Assembly (NCBI GenBank): GCA_038087875.1 | Contig: CM075988.1 | Location: 18,912,001 to 18,976,000, forward strand | Direction of reading: 5' to 3' | Origin: Malacoraja senta | Lineage: Eukaryota | Length of the DNA stretch: 64,000 nucleotides | Shown here: positions 36,207-47,090 of the stretch, piece after piece | Layout: every line of letters begins with the position of its first letter | Numbering within the stretch: position 1 is the stretch's first letter | The notes under the pieces: generated by a model | What the model saw: the letters and a program-made list of their open reading frames with translations, nothing else | Told to the model about the DNA's origin: nothing | The model's database searches: none | Program-made: the position numbers and the translations under genes

Positions 36207-37334
36207 GGGGTCCGCTCTGGGCCCTGGCCTAAAAAAGGCTTTCGGGGATGGAATGCGGACCCCGAGCTTTCACCAGTCGTGAATGTTTGTTGTCGACTGG
36301 TGAACGCGGTGGGGTACTGCCGTCTGGGTTGTGTGGGTCTGCTCGTTCTGGGGCCTGCCCTCATGAGGCCAAATGCTTTGGACTCTTCCTCCAGGTCTTT
36401 CACTTGTCAAGTCCTTTCCAAATAACAGGATCTGCGGCTCTGAGGCCGGTGTTGTACACAGTCCTGCATATTTGGGATTGAGGGCAGGTCTTATTCTCTC
36501 CTTGCGGAGGTTGTTTATCTCATATTGAGTGTTGCACAGCAGAGCCAGAGTGTCTTGCTGGTTGGTGGTCATATCCACCCCATCCACGGAACGAGCATAG
36601 GATGTCATCCTTGTCGTCAGGAGCTTGAGGATACGTGTAATTTTAGCTCCTGTTTCCGGATACTCTGTCCAACATACCCCCAGATTTCTCTTCTTATAGG
36701 GGTTTGAGGGAAGGGACAGATGGTTAATGCTGGCCGCCAGTTTTGGCTGCAACGGCCGCCCTGCTCGTGGTGTAACCACGTAGCGATTCACCACACCCAG
36801 CAGCTCTTCCTGATCCTGTACCCCAAGCGTACTCCCGACATCTTCAGCCAATGACCCCTGTTCCTGACCAGCCCAGCCCTGGTCGCCAACGCTGCCCTCG
36901 GCTGAGGGGGAAGCGATGGCCAGTGCATTGTAGAGCACTGATGTGGGAGTGCCCGAGTTCCCTTGGCGAGACTGCTCCAGCTCCCGAAGCAAGTCTCGCT
37001 GGAGCATTTGCTCCATGAGCCTTTCCATGTGGCTCAGGCGGCTAGCTCTGCCGCTCTAAGGCGGAGAGTCCTCCTCATTGGAGTCAGAAATAACCGGCCG
37101 GTCAGTTTTTTGTCTTGATTTGCCTCCAGTCCGCTGCTGTTGGTCTGGCTGCGCTAGCGGTACTGGGCTCGGCTCGGTCTCAATGAGGGTGTGCCGCAGC
37201 ATGTGCGGTCCAGGTGCCGCCTCTCGCCCCCCACTGATGGGACACTCCCGTTCTGTTGGAGTCGAACGGGGGGCGGTCTTTTTCCCTGGCCGTGCTTTGC
37301 TCAGTTTCCCCAGCTTCTTGCCTGGAATTGACAA
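36134..37334 (-). pseudogene. DIRS1 gag-like ORF1 (disrupted)
   Basis: Fragments 37056-37334, 36270-37028 and 36134-36403 lie upstream of and overlap the RT ORF; they include LRKERIRPALNPKY...LLFGKDL. Confidence 0.65.
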
Positions 37335-37851
37335 AGCAGAGCAAAGGTTTTTGAATACGACCTCAGAGTAAGTACTCTGAGGTCGTTTAAACTTGTAGCG
37401 GGAGCGCCTGTACTCCCGTTCATCGCTGTTGCACTGCGTGAACGATAATGTCGCGCATGTGTGCTGGACGGGCTCTTCACGAAGTCACTCACGTGACTCC
37501 GAAGTAAAATCTATCTATCTCTGAGTAAAAAAAAACGTTCCTCGCGCATCTCCATTCAACCTTCCCCCTTTCATCTTGTAGAGATGTTGGACATTTCCAC
37601 CTAGGGTGAAAGGTTGTAAGGTTAACTCTTTGTTGTACCCGTGTTGTGGAATGGATTTCTGGCCTGTTTCATCCACTTGGTTCAGACAGAATGTCAAGAT
37701 CTACCAAAGTTAATTTCATGCTTGTGTCACAGGGCAATATTTATGCCCAGTTCATCAAGCTATCAACTCCAAAATAATCTGGAGATAAAAAAATTATTAA
37801 TCCTGTGTGCTGGAAATGACTCTGGTTGCGTAAACGAACGTCAGAACCAAG

Positions 37852-38260
37852 GATGTCCTGGTTGGGTAGCTCCTGGGTCTGGCCAAGCTGGCCATCCACG
37901 AGTCACGGCGCCAGGCGGAAGAGGGCTCTGCCCGAGCAGGTTGCCTGCCCCTTTTCCGGGGTTACGTCCGCGACCAAGTGGTACTTGAGAGGGATTATGT
38001 GCTGTCCACCGGCACCCTGGGGAATTTTCGGGACCGTTGGGCACTGCAGGGGGTGGAATCATAATCATAATAATCATAATAATACTTTATTAGCCAAGTA
38101 TGTTTTGCAACATACGAGGAATCTTTAACAAAAGTCATTTGAAAATGTAGTGATTTCGATAATTTGGTGATTTTTGTGCTATGGTGGTGGGTGTGCCATC
38201 ACTGTTTTGGTTGGTAAATATTTTTATAATAATTTAATACATTATTTTTGATTTAAAATA
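37852..38260 (+). mobile_element. Tx1-clade LINE 3' fragment
   Basis: LLGLAKLAIHESRRQA...LFRGYVR...FRDRWALQGVE (Tx1 ORF2 C-terminus), interrupted by a short minus-strand LINE tail with (cataat)n. Confidence 0.7.
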
Positions 38261-38394
38261 ATGAACACAGAACAATGTAGTGTTGAATAGTCCAGTGTAG
38301 GACAGTAGCGCTCATGAACAAAGTCTTTAGCCTTTCATGACCATGCTGAACATGCTGCCAAATTAAACCAATGCCTTCCGCCATTCTTAAATAT

Positions 38395-38710
38395 GTAATA
38401 ATAATAATAGTAATAATAATAATAATAATAGTAAACTTTATTGTCAATTCAAATAATGCAACAAGTAGTTACACAGAGGATTGAAATTGCGTTTCCCCAT
38501 ACTCCAATGTGCAAGTAATATTTATACCAATAAAAATAGACAATGGACATATACATTATATAAAATATTCATTAATACAAGTAGTGTAGTTCTGTTATAG
38601 ACTACTCTCGCACAAGACTGTGACAGTACAGACAACATATTAAACATAAAACGCACATCGCTATCGCGAGCTGGAGTAGCCGCTGCCGTACAGGACGCCG
38701 CCATCTTGGA
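38395..38710 (-). mobile_element. Short non-autonomous LINE derivative (CAAGATGGCG 5' end with a Rex1-like tail)
   Basis: Minus strand starts ccaagatggcggcg and ends gacaataaag plus (tta)n. Confidence 0.5.
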
Positions 38711-39174
38711 AAAATCTTCCTGTCCATTTTGTTTAGCAAACTTTCGGGGCGGGAGATTGCAACCCTACACGTGGTCCACCCTGTTTCGACGAATGCAATC
38801 AACCTGGCGTGCACAAACAGAAGATCAAACAGAACAAGTTGTCTTACAACATTAGGCTGTGCACGCCGTACGCAAGAAGAAGAAGCAAACTTTTAAGGGG
38901 TAAGACAAACACCATGTGTGGCAAGGAGCCAGGTACCAGGGAAATAGTAAACAAAGCCCATTCACTTCAAATCAGGAGAGAAGATACCCTTCAATAAAAA
39001 AGAAATAATTAAAGTTTATTTGAATCCCTTTGGCCCTATATTAACACCAAGTAAATCAGATTTTAAGCTTTGATGGCTAATTAATAAAATGGGTCATTTG
39101 ATAATTGCTGTCATGAAAACAGAATGCTTGGAGTTCTATATAAACATATCTCATAAAACCCGGATTATTTTGTT

Positions 39175-39490
39175 TTGTTTTTTATTTTTAGAGACACAGA
39201 GCGGAAACCACCGACCCACCGAGCCCGCTCCGACCAACGATCCCCGCGCATTAACACTATCCTACACGCACTAGGGACAGTTTTACATTTAGACCAAGCC
39301 AATTAACCTACAAACCTGTACCTCTTTGGAGTGTGGGAGGAAACCGAAGATCTCTGATAAAAACCCTCGTGGTCACGGGGCGAACGTACAAACTGTATGC
39401 AGACAGCACCCGTGGTCGGGATCGAACCCGGGTCTCTGGTGCTGTAAGCGCCGCAAGGCAGCAACTCTACCACCACGCCACCGTGCCGCA
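39175..39490 (-). mobile_element. HE1-type SINE
   Basis: Head, core and tail on the minus strand. Confidence 0.8.
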
Positions 39491-39839
39491 CTGTGGGAAG
39501 GTACATGGGCAAGTACAAGGAGGGGTTGTGGTGCTGGGAACTGTTGCACTATTTGACAAGATCATAGCCAATCTTCCACATCATTCTCTCCTGTTCAATG
39601 CATGTTTTCCATGAAACCCCGGATTCTAGCATTAAATATTCTCCTTGGTCTTCTCGAGGCAGAGAATTCCAAAAATCTATAACTGAGTGAAGAGGTCCTT
39701 TCTCATTGGTGCCAATGTCAAGTACCTCACCCTGCAGGTTTGTCCAATCAAGGGAGATGTCCTCTCAGTATCCTGTGCACTTTCTGTTATATCGTGTCAT
39801 TGAAGGCTAGTTTTTCTCAATAGGTTAAGAAATTAAGAA

Positions 39840-40222
39840 GGTTGTCGGGGGGAGTTCCTCCCACCACGGGTACCATGTAATCCCGTGCTACCTGCTCCAT
39901 GGTTGGATAGTCGGCGACTAAACCCGCTCCCCCACCTGGTTTGCCAGGCGAGGAGGAGGCTATGGACCCCCAGCAGGACCAAAAACAAGACCTGTTAAAG
40001 TGCGGATGAGCTTCTAGCGAGCCAACGGCCATCCACACTTCAGTGGAAGTTGCGATCCCTGTCGTACATAGCATTGTAAAGCACACACACCAAAATCCTA
40101 TACTTCCAGCAGCGGAAGTCCGCAGTAACTGGAGGACAGAGATGTGTGGTGCGTCCGTCACTGTTCCTGTCGGAAACCAGCACCACTGCGTCGCTAATGT
40201 TTTTAACGATGATGAATGAATG
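39840..40222 (+). mobile_element. 383-bp non-coding retroposon with a structured 5' end (possibly RTE-related)
   Basis: 9-bp TSD AATTAAGAA (39831-39839 and 40223-40231); (gat)/(gaat)n 3' tail; GC-rich hairpins at the 5' end; no tRNA A or B box seen. Confidence 0.65.
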
Positions 40223-41199
40223 AATTAAGAAATCCAAAAACAAACGCTAGAAACAAGTATGTGATCTGTGGACAACCTTGAGAGGAATTGCTGGAGTATG
40301 GCAGCAGGCTGGCTGACAAACTGTGATCCTGGGGCAGTGAATACCCTGGGTCGAGACCCTGCCCAGCCTGCTGAGCTCCTCCAGAAATCTGTTTTTTGCT
40401 CTGGATTCCAACATCCGCTGTCTCTGTCTCCAGTAGTAAGACTATCTTAGTCCAAGGTAGACACAAAATGCTGGAGTAACTCAACGGGACAGGCAGCATC
40501 TCTGGAGAGGAATGGGTGACGTTTCTAAGGAAGAAGGGTCTCGACCCACAACGTAGGAAGAAGGGACCCGACCCGAAACTTCACCCATTCCTTGTCTCCA
40601 GAGATGCTCCAGAATTAAAGTGTCCAGCAACCGAGCGATCAGGTAGGTTCAGGCGGGCTGAGCGAAGGTGTTCCGCGAAACGATCGCCCAGTCTGCGTTT
40701 GGTCTCACCGATGTGTAAGAATCAACATCGTGAACAACAGATACAGAAGCTGATATTGGAGGTGCAAGTGAACCTCTGCCTAACCTGAAAGGACCGCCGG
40801 CGTCCCTGGACAGAGTGAAAAGGAGGTATAGCGACAGCATCACTGAAGAACATGGAAAGGTGACGTTTTGGTTTGAGACTGGATGCAGGGTGAGGTTACC
40901 ACCACACTTATCGCTTTCTTTCCTCCTGACCAAATGATTGGTAAAGAGTTGGGTTTTAGGAGAATCGAGGGGGAGCGTGACAGGAATGATCAGGGAGAGG
41001 TTTCCAAGGATTTGTACCTCAGAACCTGATGGATTGTGGACTGATTAAATGCAGGGATGTTCAGCAAGACCAACGTCCGTGGGATGCGGATGGAGCTGGA
41101 AACAATTATAGAGATAGGAAAGGATGAAAACATTGAAGGGATTGAACACAACGATGCGATTATTATATTCTATAACGGTTGGTTGAAACATATAAGATT

Positions 41200-41575
41200 G
41201 AAACATATAAGATTGTTAAGGTTTTGGACTCGCTGGAGGCAGGAAACATGTTCCCGATGTTGGGGGAGTCCAGAACCAGGGGGCCACAGTTTAAGAATAA
41301 GGAGCAAGCCATTTAGAACCGAGACGAGGAAACACTTTTTCTCACAGAGAGTGGTGAGTCTGTGGAATTCTCTGCCGCAGAGGGTGGTGGAGGCGGGTTC
41401 TCTGGATGGTTTCAACAGAGAGCTGGATAGGGCTCTTAAAAATAGCAGAGTCAGGGGATATGGTGGGAAGGCAGGAACGGGGCACTGATTGGGGATGATC
41501 AGTCATGATCACATTGAATGGCGGTGCTGGATCGAAGGGCCGAATGGCCTACTCCTGCACCTATTGTCTATTGTG
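41200..41575 (+). mobile_element. CR1 LINE 3' fragment
   Basis: GHSLRIRSKPFRTETRKHFFSQRVVSLWNSLP with a (ctattgt)n tail. Confidence 0.85.
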
Positions 41576-43669
41576 ATTTAGCATTAATTCAGTACATTTT
41601 CTTCTGTTTTCGCGTCAAATATTTCCAAAAGCGAAGAACGTTGTAAGATTACTTTGCTCCCAGGAGGCACAATACATGCTGACTGCACACACAGATTCTC
41701 TAGACATGAAACAAGGTCAAGCTGAATTCTATGGGGGGGTGGAGGCAGAGATTCTCAGAAAGGTTAAGAAGTAATTGGATAAACAATTGAATAGCCAAGT
41801 TTCAGAAGGCCAGTGGTGAATGGGACTAGTGCCCATGAGTGCTTGATGGTTGGCTTGGGCTTGATGGGCCGAAGGGCCTGTTTCTTGGATGCATGGCACT
41901 AATTATATCATGATCGTTCATGAAAGGCCATTGATTAATTCTATCCACAGTCTGGCCTGCTGAATATTTCTATTTTTTAAATAAATGTCACCACACTAAT
42001 TCTTGGAATTGTGACCCTCTGTTGTCTCATTTTCACCTCTCGCCTTTGTCACTTATCCCACCATCTGACAATTACTCCCTAACCTGTACCTACCTATCAC
42101 TTGCCAGTCTCTGCCTTACCCCCACCTCTTTTTTCCAGCATTCTTCCCCACCCTCCCCACTCCATCACCGAAGAAGGGCCCCGACCGGAAATGTTGTCTG
42201 TCCATTCCCTCCACAGATGCTGCCTGACCTGCTGAGTTCCTCCAGCACCTTGTGGTTTGCACAAGATTTCAACATCTGCAGCTCCTTGTGCTTCCATTGA
42301 CGTTGGAGTCAACATGTTGGCATAAGAGGTGAGCAATAACGAGCTAGATGTTGTGAGAAGAAATGTCTTCACTCAAAAGGGTGTGAATCTTTGTATTGCT
42401 CCTCTGAGACAGTAGTGTTGCTTGGTCATTGAGAACATTCAAGACAGTGACTGATAGGTTTTTTTTGGATACCAAGTGCACCAGGAGATACGGTGAACAT
42501 GAATGGAGTGTTGAGCCAGAAAATCACCCATGGTAGAATAGACCCGAGGGGCTGAATGGTTCATTCTTGCTCCCTCGTCTTTGTATAATTCAGATATCTG
42601 GAAAAACGAACTCAAACTATTTCAGAAGAGCAATGTATATGGAGGCCCATTAACCAGATCTGAACATAGCAATTGAATACCCTATGAGGTGTAATGGACA
42701 TTGATATGCCAATTACAGTGATCGCAAGTCTATTTCACCATGTTTCTGCTTTGTTTAACTATTAACCATTTTAGGATGTCTTGTTGGAGTCAATATTGTT
42801 CTGTATTTTGAAGGATATTGTGCAGAAGGTTTGACAAATTATTCATGACTGTTAAATTAATCAGCCATAAAATGCCAAGGAAAGTGAAAGATTGCTTTGT
42901 AGTACTAAAGCTTTTTCTGAAAAGCTATCAAATGACATAGTGGGTAGGAGCTGTGGAACACAACTGCTGTGAGATGCGTGGCTCTGTCGGAGCTGGATTG
43001 AGCGCCGCTGGTCACACCCCTGCCCTTTACGGAACAGCTCACACAAGGAGCAACATGCACTGCAGGTCACTGGGATGAACTGAAGCAAGGTGGGTTAACA
43101 AAGTAAAGGTAACCTGGGACTCGAAGACACAACATGGTGTACCAAATTGTGAGGAACCTATCTGAACCCATCTTTGCTGTTTACAAATACTTATCTGTTG
43201 ACAGGATATCTCAAACATTCTTTTCATTGACTCATGGAGTCATACAGCACGGAAACAGGTCCCATGGCCCAGCGTGCCCAAGATATACCAGCTACACTAG
43301 TTTCACCTGCCTGCATTTCGCCCATGTCCCTCTAAATCGTTCCCATCCATGCATATTAGGTGTTGTGATAGTAGCTGCCTCAACTACCTCCTCCGGCGGC
43401 TCATTCCACATACCCACCACTCTTTGTGTGAAAAAGTTGTCCCTCAGGTTACTATTACATTTTTTCCCTCTCACATTGAAATGATGCCCTCTGGTTCTTG
43501 ATTCCACTACTCTGGGTAAGCCACCCTGTGCATTTACCCTATCTATTCCCATCATGATGTTACACACCTCTACGTTTCCTTCTGCTTTATAGAAAATGTG
43601 AATTATTACATTTCCTGGGTTCTTTTAAAAGAACAACAATGAATCCAATATTTAATCAAAGGGATCTAC

Positions 43670-44075
43670 TGAAGGGACTGCATCATAAAGGCAGCCAATA
43701 ACATCAAAGACCCACATCACCCTGGCCATGCTCTCATCTTGATGCTACCATCGGGGAGAAGCTACAGGAGCCTGAAAACCGTGACCTCCAGGTTCAAGAA
43801 CAGCTTCTTCACAGCTTCTTCCCAGCTCTTAAACACTGCACGACACTAACCTCAGCATCTATGATCTATGGACTGTCTTTGGTTGCACTATGGACTTTGG
43901 TTTTGAGCTGTGATAGTTACCTAGTATTGCAGTTATTAATATATACCGTATTGATTATTGTATATTTATCTGTATGTTATTGCATTTACAGGTCTGTTAA
44001 ACTTCAACAGGTAAGAATGTAATTCTTCTGTTTTTGATACATATGACAATTGAACACTCTTGATTCTTGACTCTC
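43670..44075 (+). mobile_element. Degenerate Rex1-like 3' end
   Basis: IIKAANNIKDPHHPGHAL...LPSGRSYRSLK...RFKNSFF with a (cttga)n tail. Confidence 0.65.
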
Positions 44076-46074
44076 AACTAATATATCCTTGCCTTGGAAC
44101 CACTGCTCTTTGTCAATGGAAGGGAAGAATACATTCCTATCTGTTACATTATTGTCTCATTTCTACAGGGATTTATCCCCTGAGGACAAGTAAAAGAGAT
44201 GAAAAACAACAGCAAAGTCATTAGCTTTTGATTACTCCAAGCAGCATAGCAAATATGGTCAAATTAGCACTGATGTGTGGAGTTACCAATAATAGAGATG
44301 GTTGACTTGAGAGGGAATGTCCTTTACTTGAATTGCTCCATCCTTTGTGTATGGCGACCGTCTTTGGTTTTAGTTTAGTACATAGAACATAGAACAGTAC
44401 AGCACAGGATCAGGCCCTACAACCCACTATTCCTGTGCCAAACTTGATGCCAAGATAAACTAACCTCATCTACCTACACAAGATCTATATCCCTCCATTC
44501 CAAGCACATCCATGTGGCTATCTGAAAGCTTCTTAAGTGCCACTATCTTAACTGCTTCCATCTTTGTGTACAAAAAAACTTGCCCCTCATAACTCTTTTA
44601 CACTTTGTCTCTCACGTTCAAGCTACGCCCTCTCTTTGACATTTCCATCCTGGGAAAAAAGGTTCTCATTGCCTATCTTATCTAAGCCTCTCATAATTGT
44701 ATATACTTCCATCAGGTCTCCGCTCTGCCTCGTTCTAGAGAAAAGAGTCCATGTCTGTCCAACCTCTCCCTTTAGCCTCTTCTTCTTATCGAGTCCACAC
44801 ACAAGATTAGAAGTTGTTCAGCCAGAGATGAATACACTTCTCGACATCTGCATACAATGCTGTCTGTCTTGTCGCTTCTTGTGCTTCTTGTGCGTGGTGG
44901 TGGAAAGATTGGTGGAAGCAGGGCCGCGACGTGAACGCTCTTTCCTTGACCCTTCCTTTTAGCGAACACTCTCTAATCCAGGCAGCATCATGCTAAACCT
45001 CTTCTGCACATTCTCAAAAGCCTCCACATCCTTCCTGTGCAGGGATGACCAGAACTACATGCATTACTCTAAATTCAGCCTAAACAAAGTCTTAGAAAGC
45101 TGCAATGTGATTTCCTGACACAATGCCCCGACCTTTAAAGGCAAGAGTACGGTATGCCTTTTTAACCACTCCATGTTGACATTTTCAGGGAGTTATGGAC
45201 CTGGCCCCATGATCCCACTGTACATTGATGTTATGAAAGGTCTTGCCATCAACCATATACTTTCTATTCAAAACTGCCGGATTCAAGACGACAGTTTCAC
45301 TAAATAAAATTCCGCTCCCTCCCAACTGATAGAGTTGCTGCTTCTCAGCACCAGAGACCCAGGTTTAACCCTGATCTCGGGTGCAGTTTGTCAATCATTG
45401 ATCACCCATCCTCTGTTGTCTCACTTCTGCAACCACTCCCTACACACTGGGGACAATTTACAGAGGGCCTATTAAACCTACAGACCCGCACATCTTTGGG
45501 ATGTGGGAGGAAACCGGAGCACCTGGAGGAAACTAAACGCAGTCACATGGAGAACTTGCAAACTCCACAAAGACAGCGCCCGAGGTCAGGATTGAACCCG
45601 AGCCTCTGGAGAAATGTGGCAGTGGCTCTGCCAGATGCACCACAGCTCATTTGTTTATCCTGTGAGGAGATTATGGAAGCTCTTCAGAAGTGCTTGGGTG
45701 GGAGGTGAAGGGAGTATGAAGATGATAAATTAAACAATCAACGACATGGATTTTGATTGGAGTGATGTTCGTTACAGAGCAGCTTTGTTTCATTAAAGGC
45801 GGGCTGTCTAGTTAATGTCTTCATGCAGCACTGAAGATGTCAAACACTATCATGTTATTACAGACATCCAATACTTGTTGAATTATTAAATAGGAGTGTT
45901 TCGTAGTATAGTTCATTAGTTTCATTTGAACCAAAATCATTTACATCATGCCATGAATACAATCACTGCCAACAAATACCAATTAATAATATGGTTTATA
46001 GGACAACACTCAGTATTATCCGAGTAGCATTAGAGCCATAGAGGGAGATAGCAGGCATCAGGCCCCCCAGCCCA

Positions 46075-46525
46075 CCATATGATGAGTGTTTGAAGGCACT
46101 GGGCCTGTACTCAGAAGGATGAGGGGAGGAACAATGAAATTTGCTGAATAGTGAAAGGCCTGGATAGAGTGGATGTGGAGAGGATGTTTCCACTAGTGGG
46201 AGAGTCAAGGACCAGAGGCCATAGCCTCAAAATAAAAGGACGTACCTTTAGAAAGGAGATGAGAAGGAATTTCTTTAGTCAGAGGGTGGTGAATCTGACG
46301 AATACATTGCCACAGACGGCTGTGGAGGCCAAGTTGATGGATATCTTTAAGGCGGAGATTGACTAGCAGGATTGATTAGTAAGGGTGTCAGGGGTTATGG
46401 GGAGAAGGCAGGAGAATGGGGTTGAGAGGGAAAGATCGATCAGCCATGATTGAATAGCGGAGTAGACCTGATGGGCCGAATGGCCTAATTCTGCTCCAAG
46501 AACTTATGATGTTATGAATTTATGA
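46075..46525 (+). mobile_element. CR1 LINE 3' fragment
   Basis: KGLDRVDVERMFPLVGESRTRGHSL plus the 3' UTR. Confidence 0.85.
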
Positions 46526-46732
46526 AGTCCTCACTGACTGTCGAGCACCCATTTGTATCGCTTTTACTCGAATCCCATTTTCTATTTTCCCGACGTTCCT
46601 CATGAACTCCCCCAGATTCTGCTGCTCACCCTGCACTATGAGGCAGTAATTTACAGTGGCCAATTAGCCTAACAAACTCAGTAAATCAGCACTGCCCAGT
46701 GGTCTACCATTAACTGTATATGTCCTATCCTA

Positions 46733-47090
46733 GGTACACAAAAATGCTGGAGAAACTCAGCGGGTGCAGCAGCATCTATGGAGCGAAGGAAATAATAATA
46801 ATAATAATGGATTTTATTTACGGGCGCCTTATACCGAGGTCTCAAGGACACCATACAGAGATTTATAGAAAACATATAATCAGAATTAAAAAAAAAAAAA
46901 GGTTATAAAGACCAATACATAAATCAGGGACAGAATTTCTTCCAAAAACACAAAAAAAGAAAATCAGAAGCACAATTTGAGGAGAGAGCAGCGGCAATTT
47001 AACGCCAGCGTCCACTCCCCCTCCGACCGCCATCTTGAACACAGACTAACAAATACAATTACAAACAATTAGGGCCGAAACCCTTCAGAC
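46733..47090 (-). mobile_element. Penelope-derived mini-unit with a TSD, containing a nested ~280-bp LINE derivative
   Basis: 14-bp TSD TATGTCCTATCCTA (46719-46732 and 47091-47104). The nested insert at ~46792-47070 has caagatggcg near its 5' end and an L2-like (tta)n tail. Confidence 0.7.

Larger units (their letters stand above)
32716..37510 (-). mobile_element. DIRS1-type tyrosine-recombinase retrotransposon, structurally complete, frameshifted
   Basis: Domain order gag, RT/RNase H, MT, YR; ITRs 32791-32825 and 37447-37481; internal complementary region 32940-33052; inserted into a CR1 3' end at a shared AAT. Confidence 0.93.

Noticed and set aside
39915..39966. Twister ribozyme (TAA...CTCC...GGAGGAGG)
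   Set aside because: Lacks the conserved GCCGGUCCCAAGCCCGG-type P4/L4 core.
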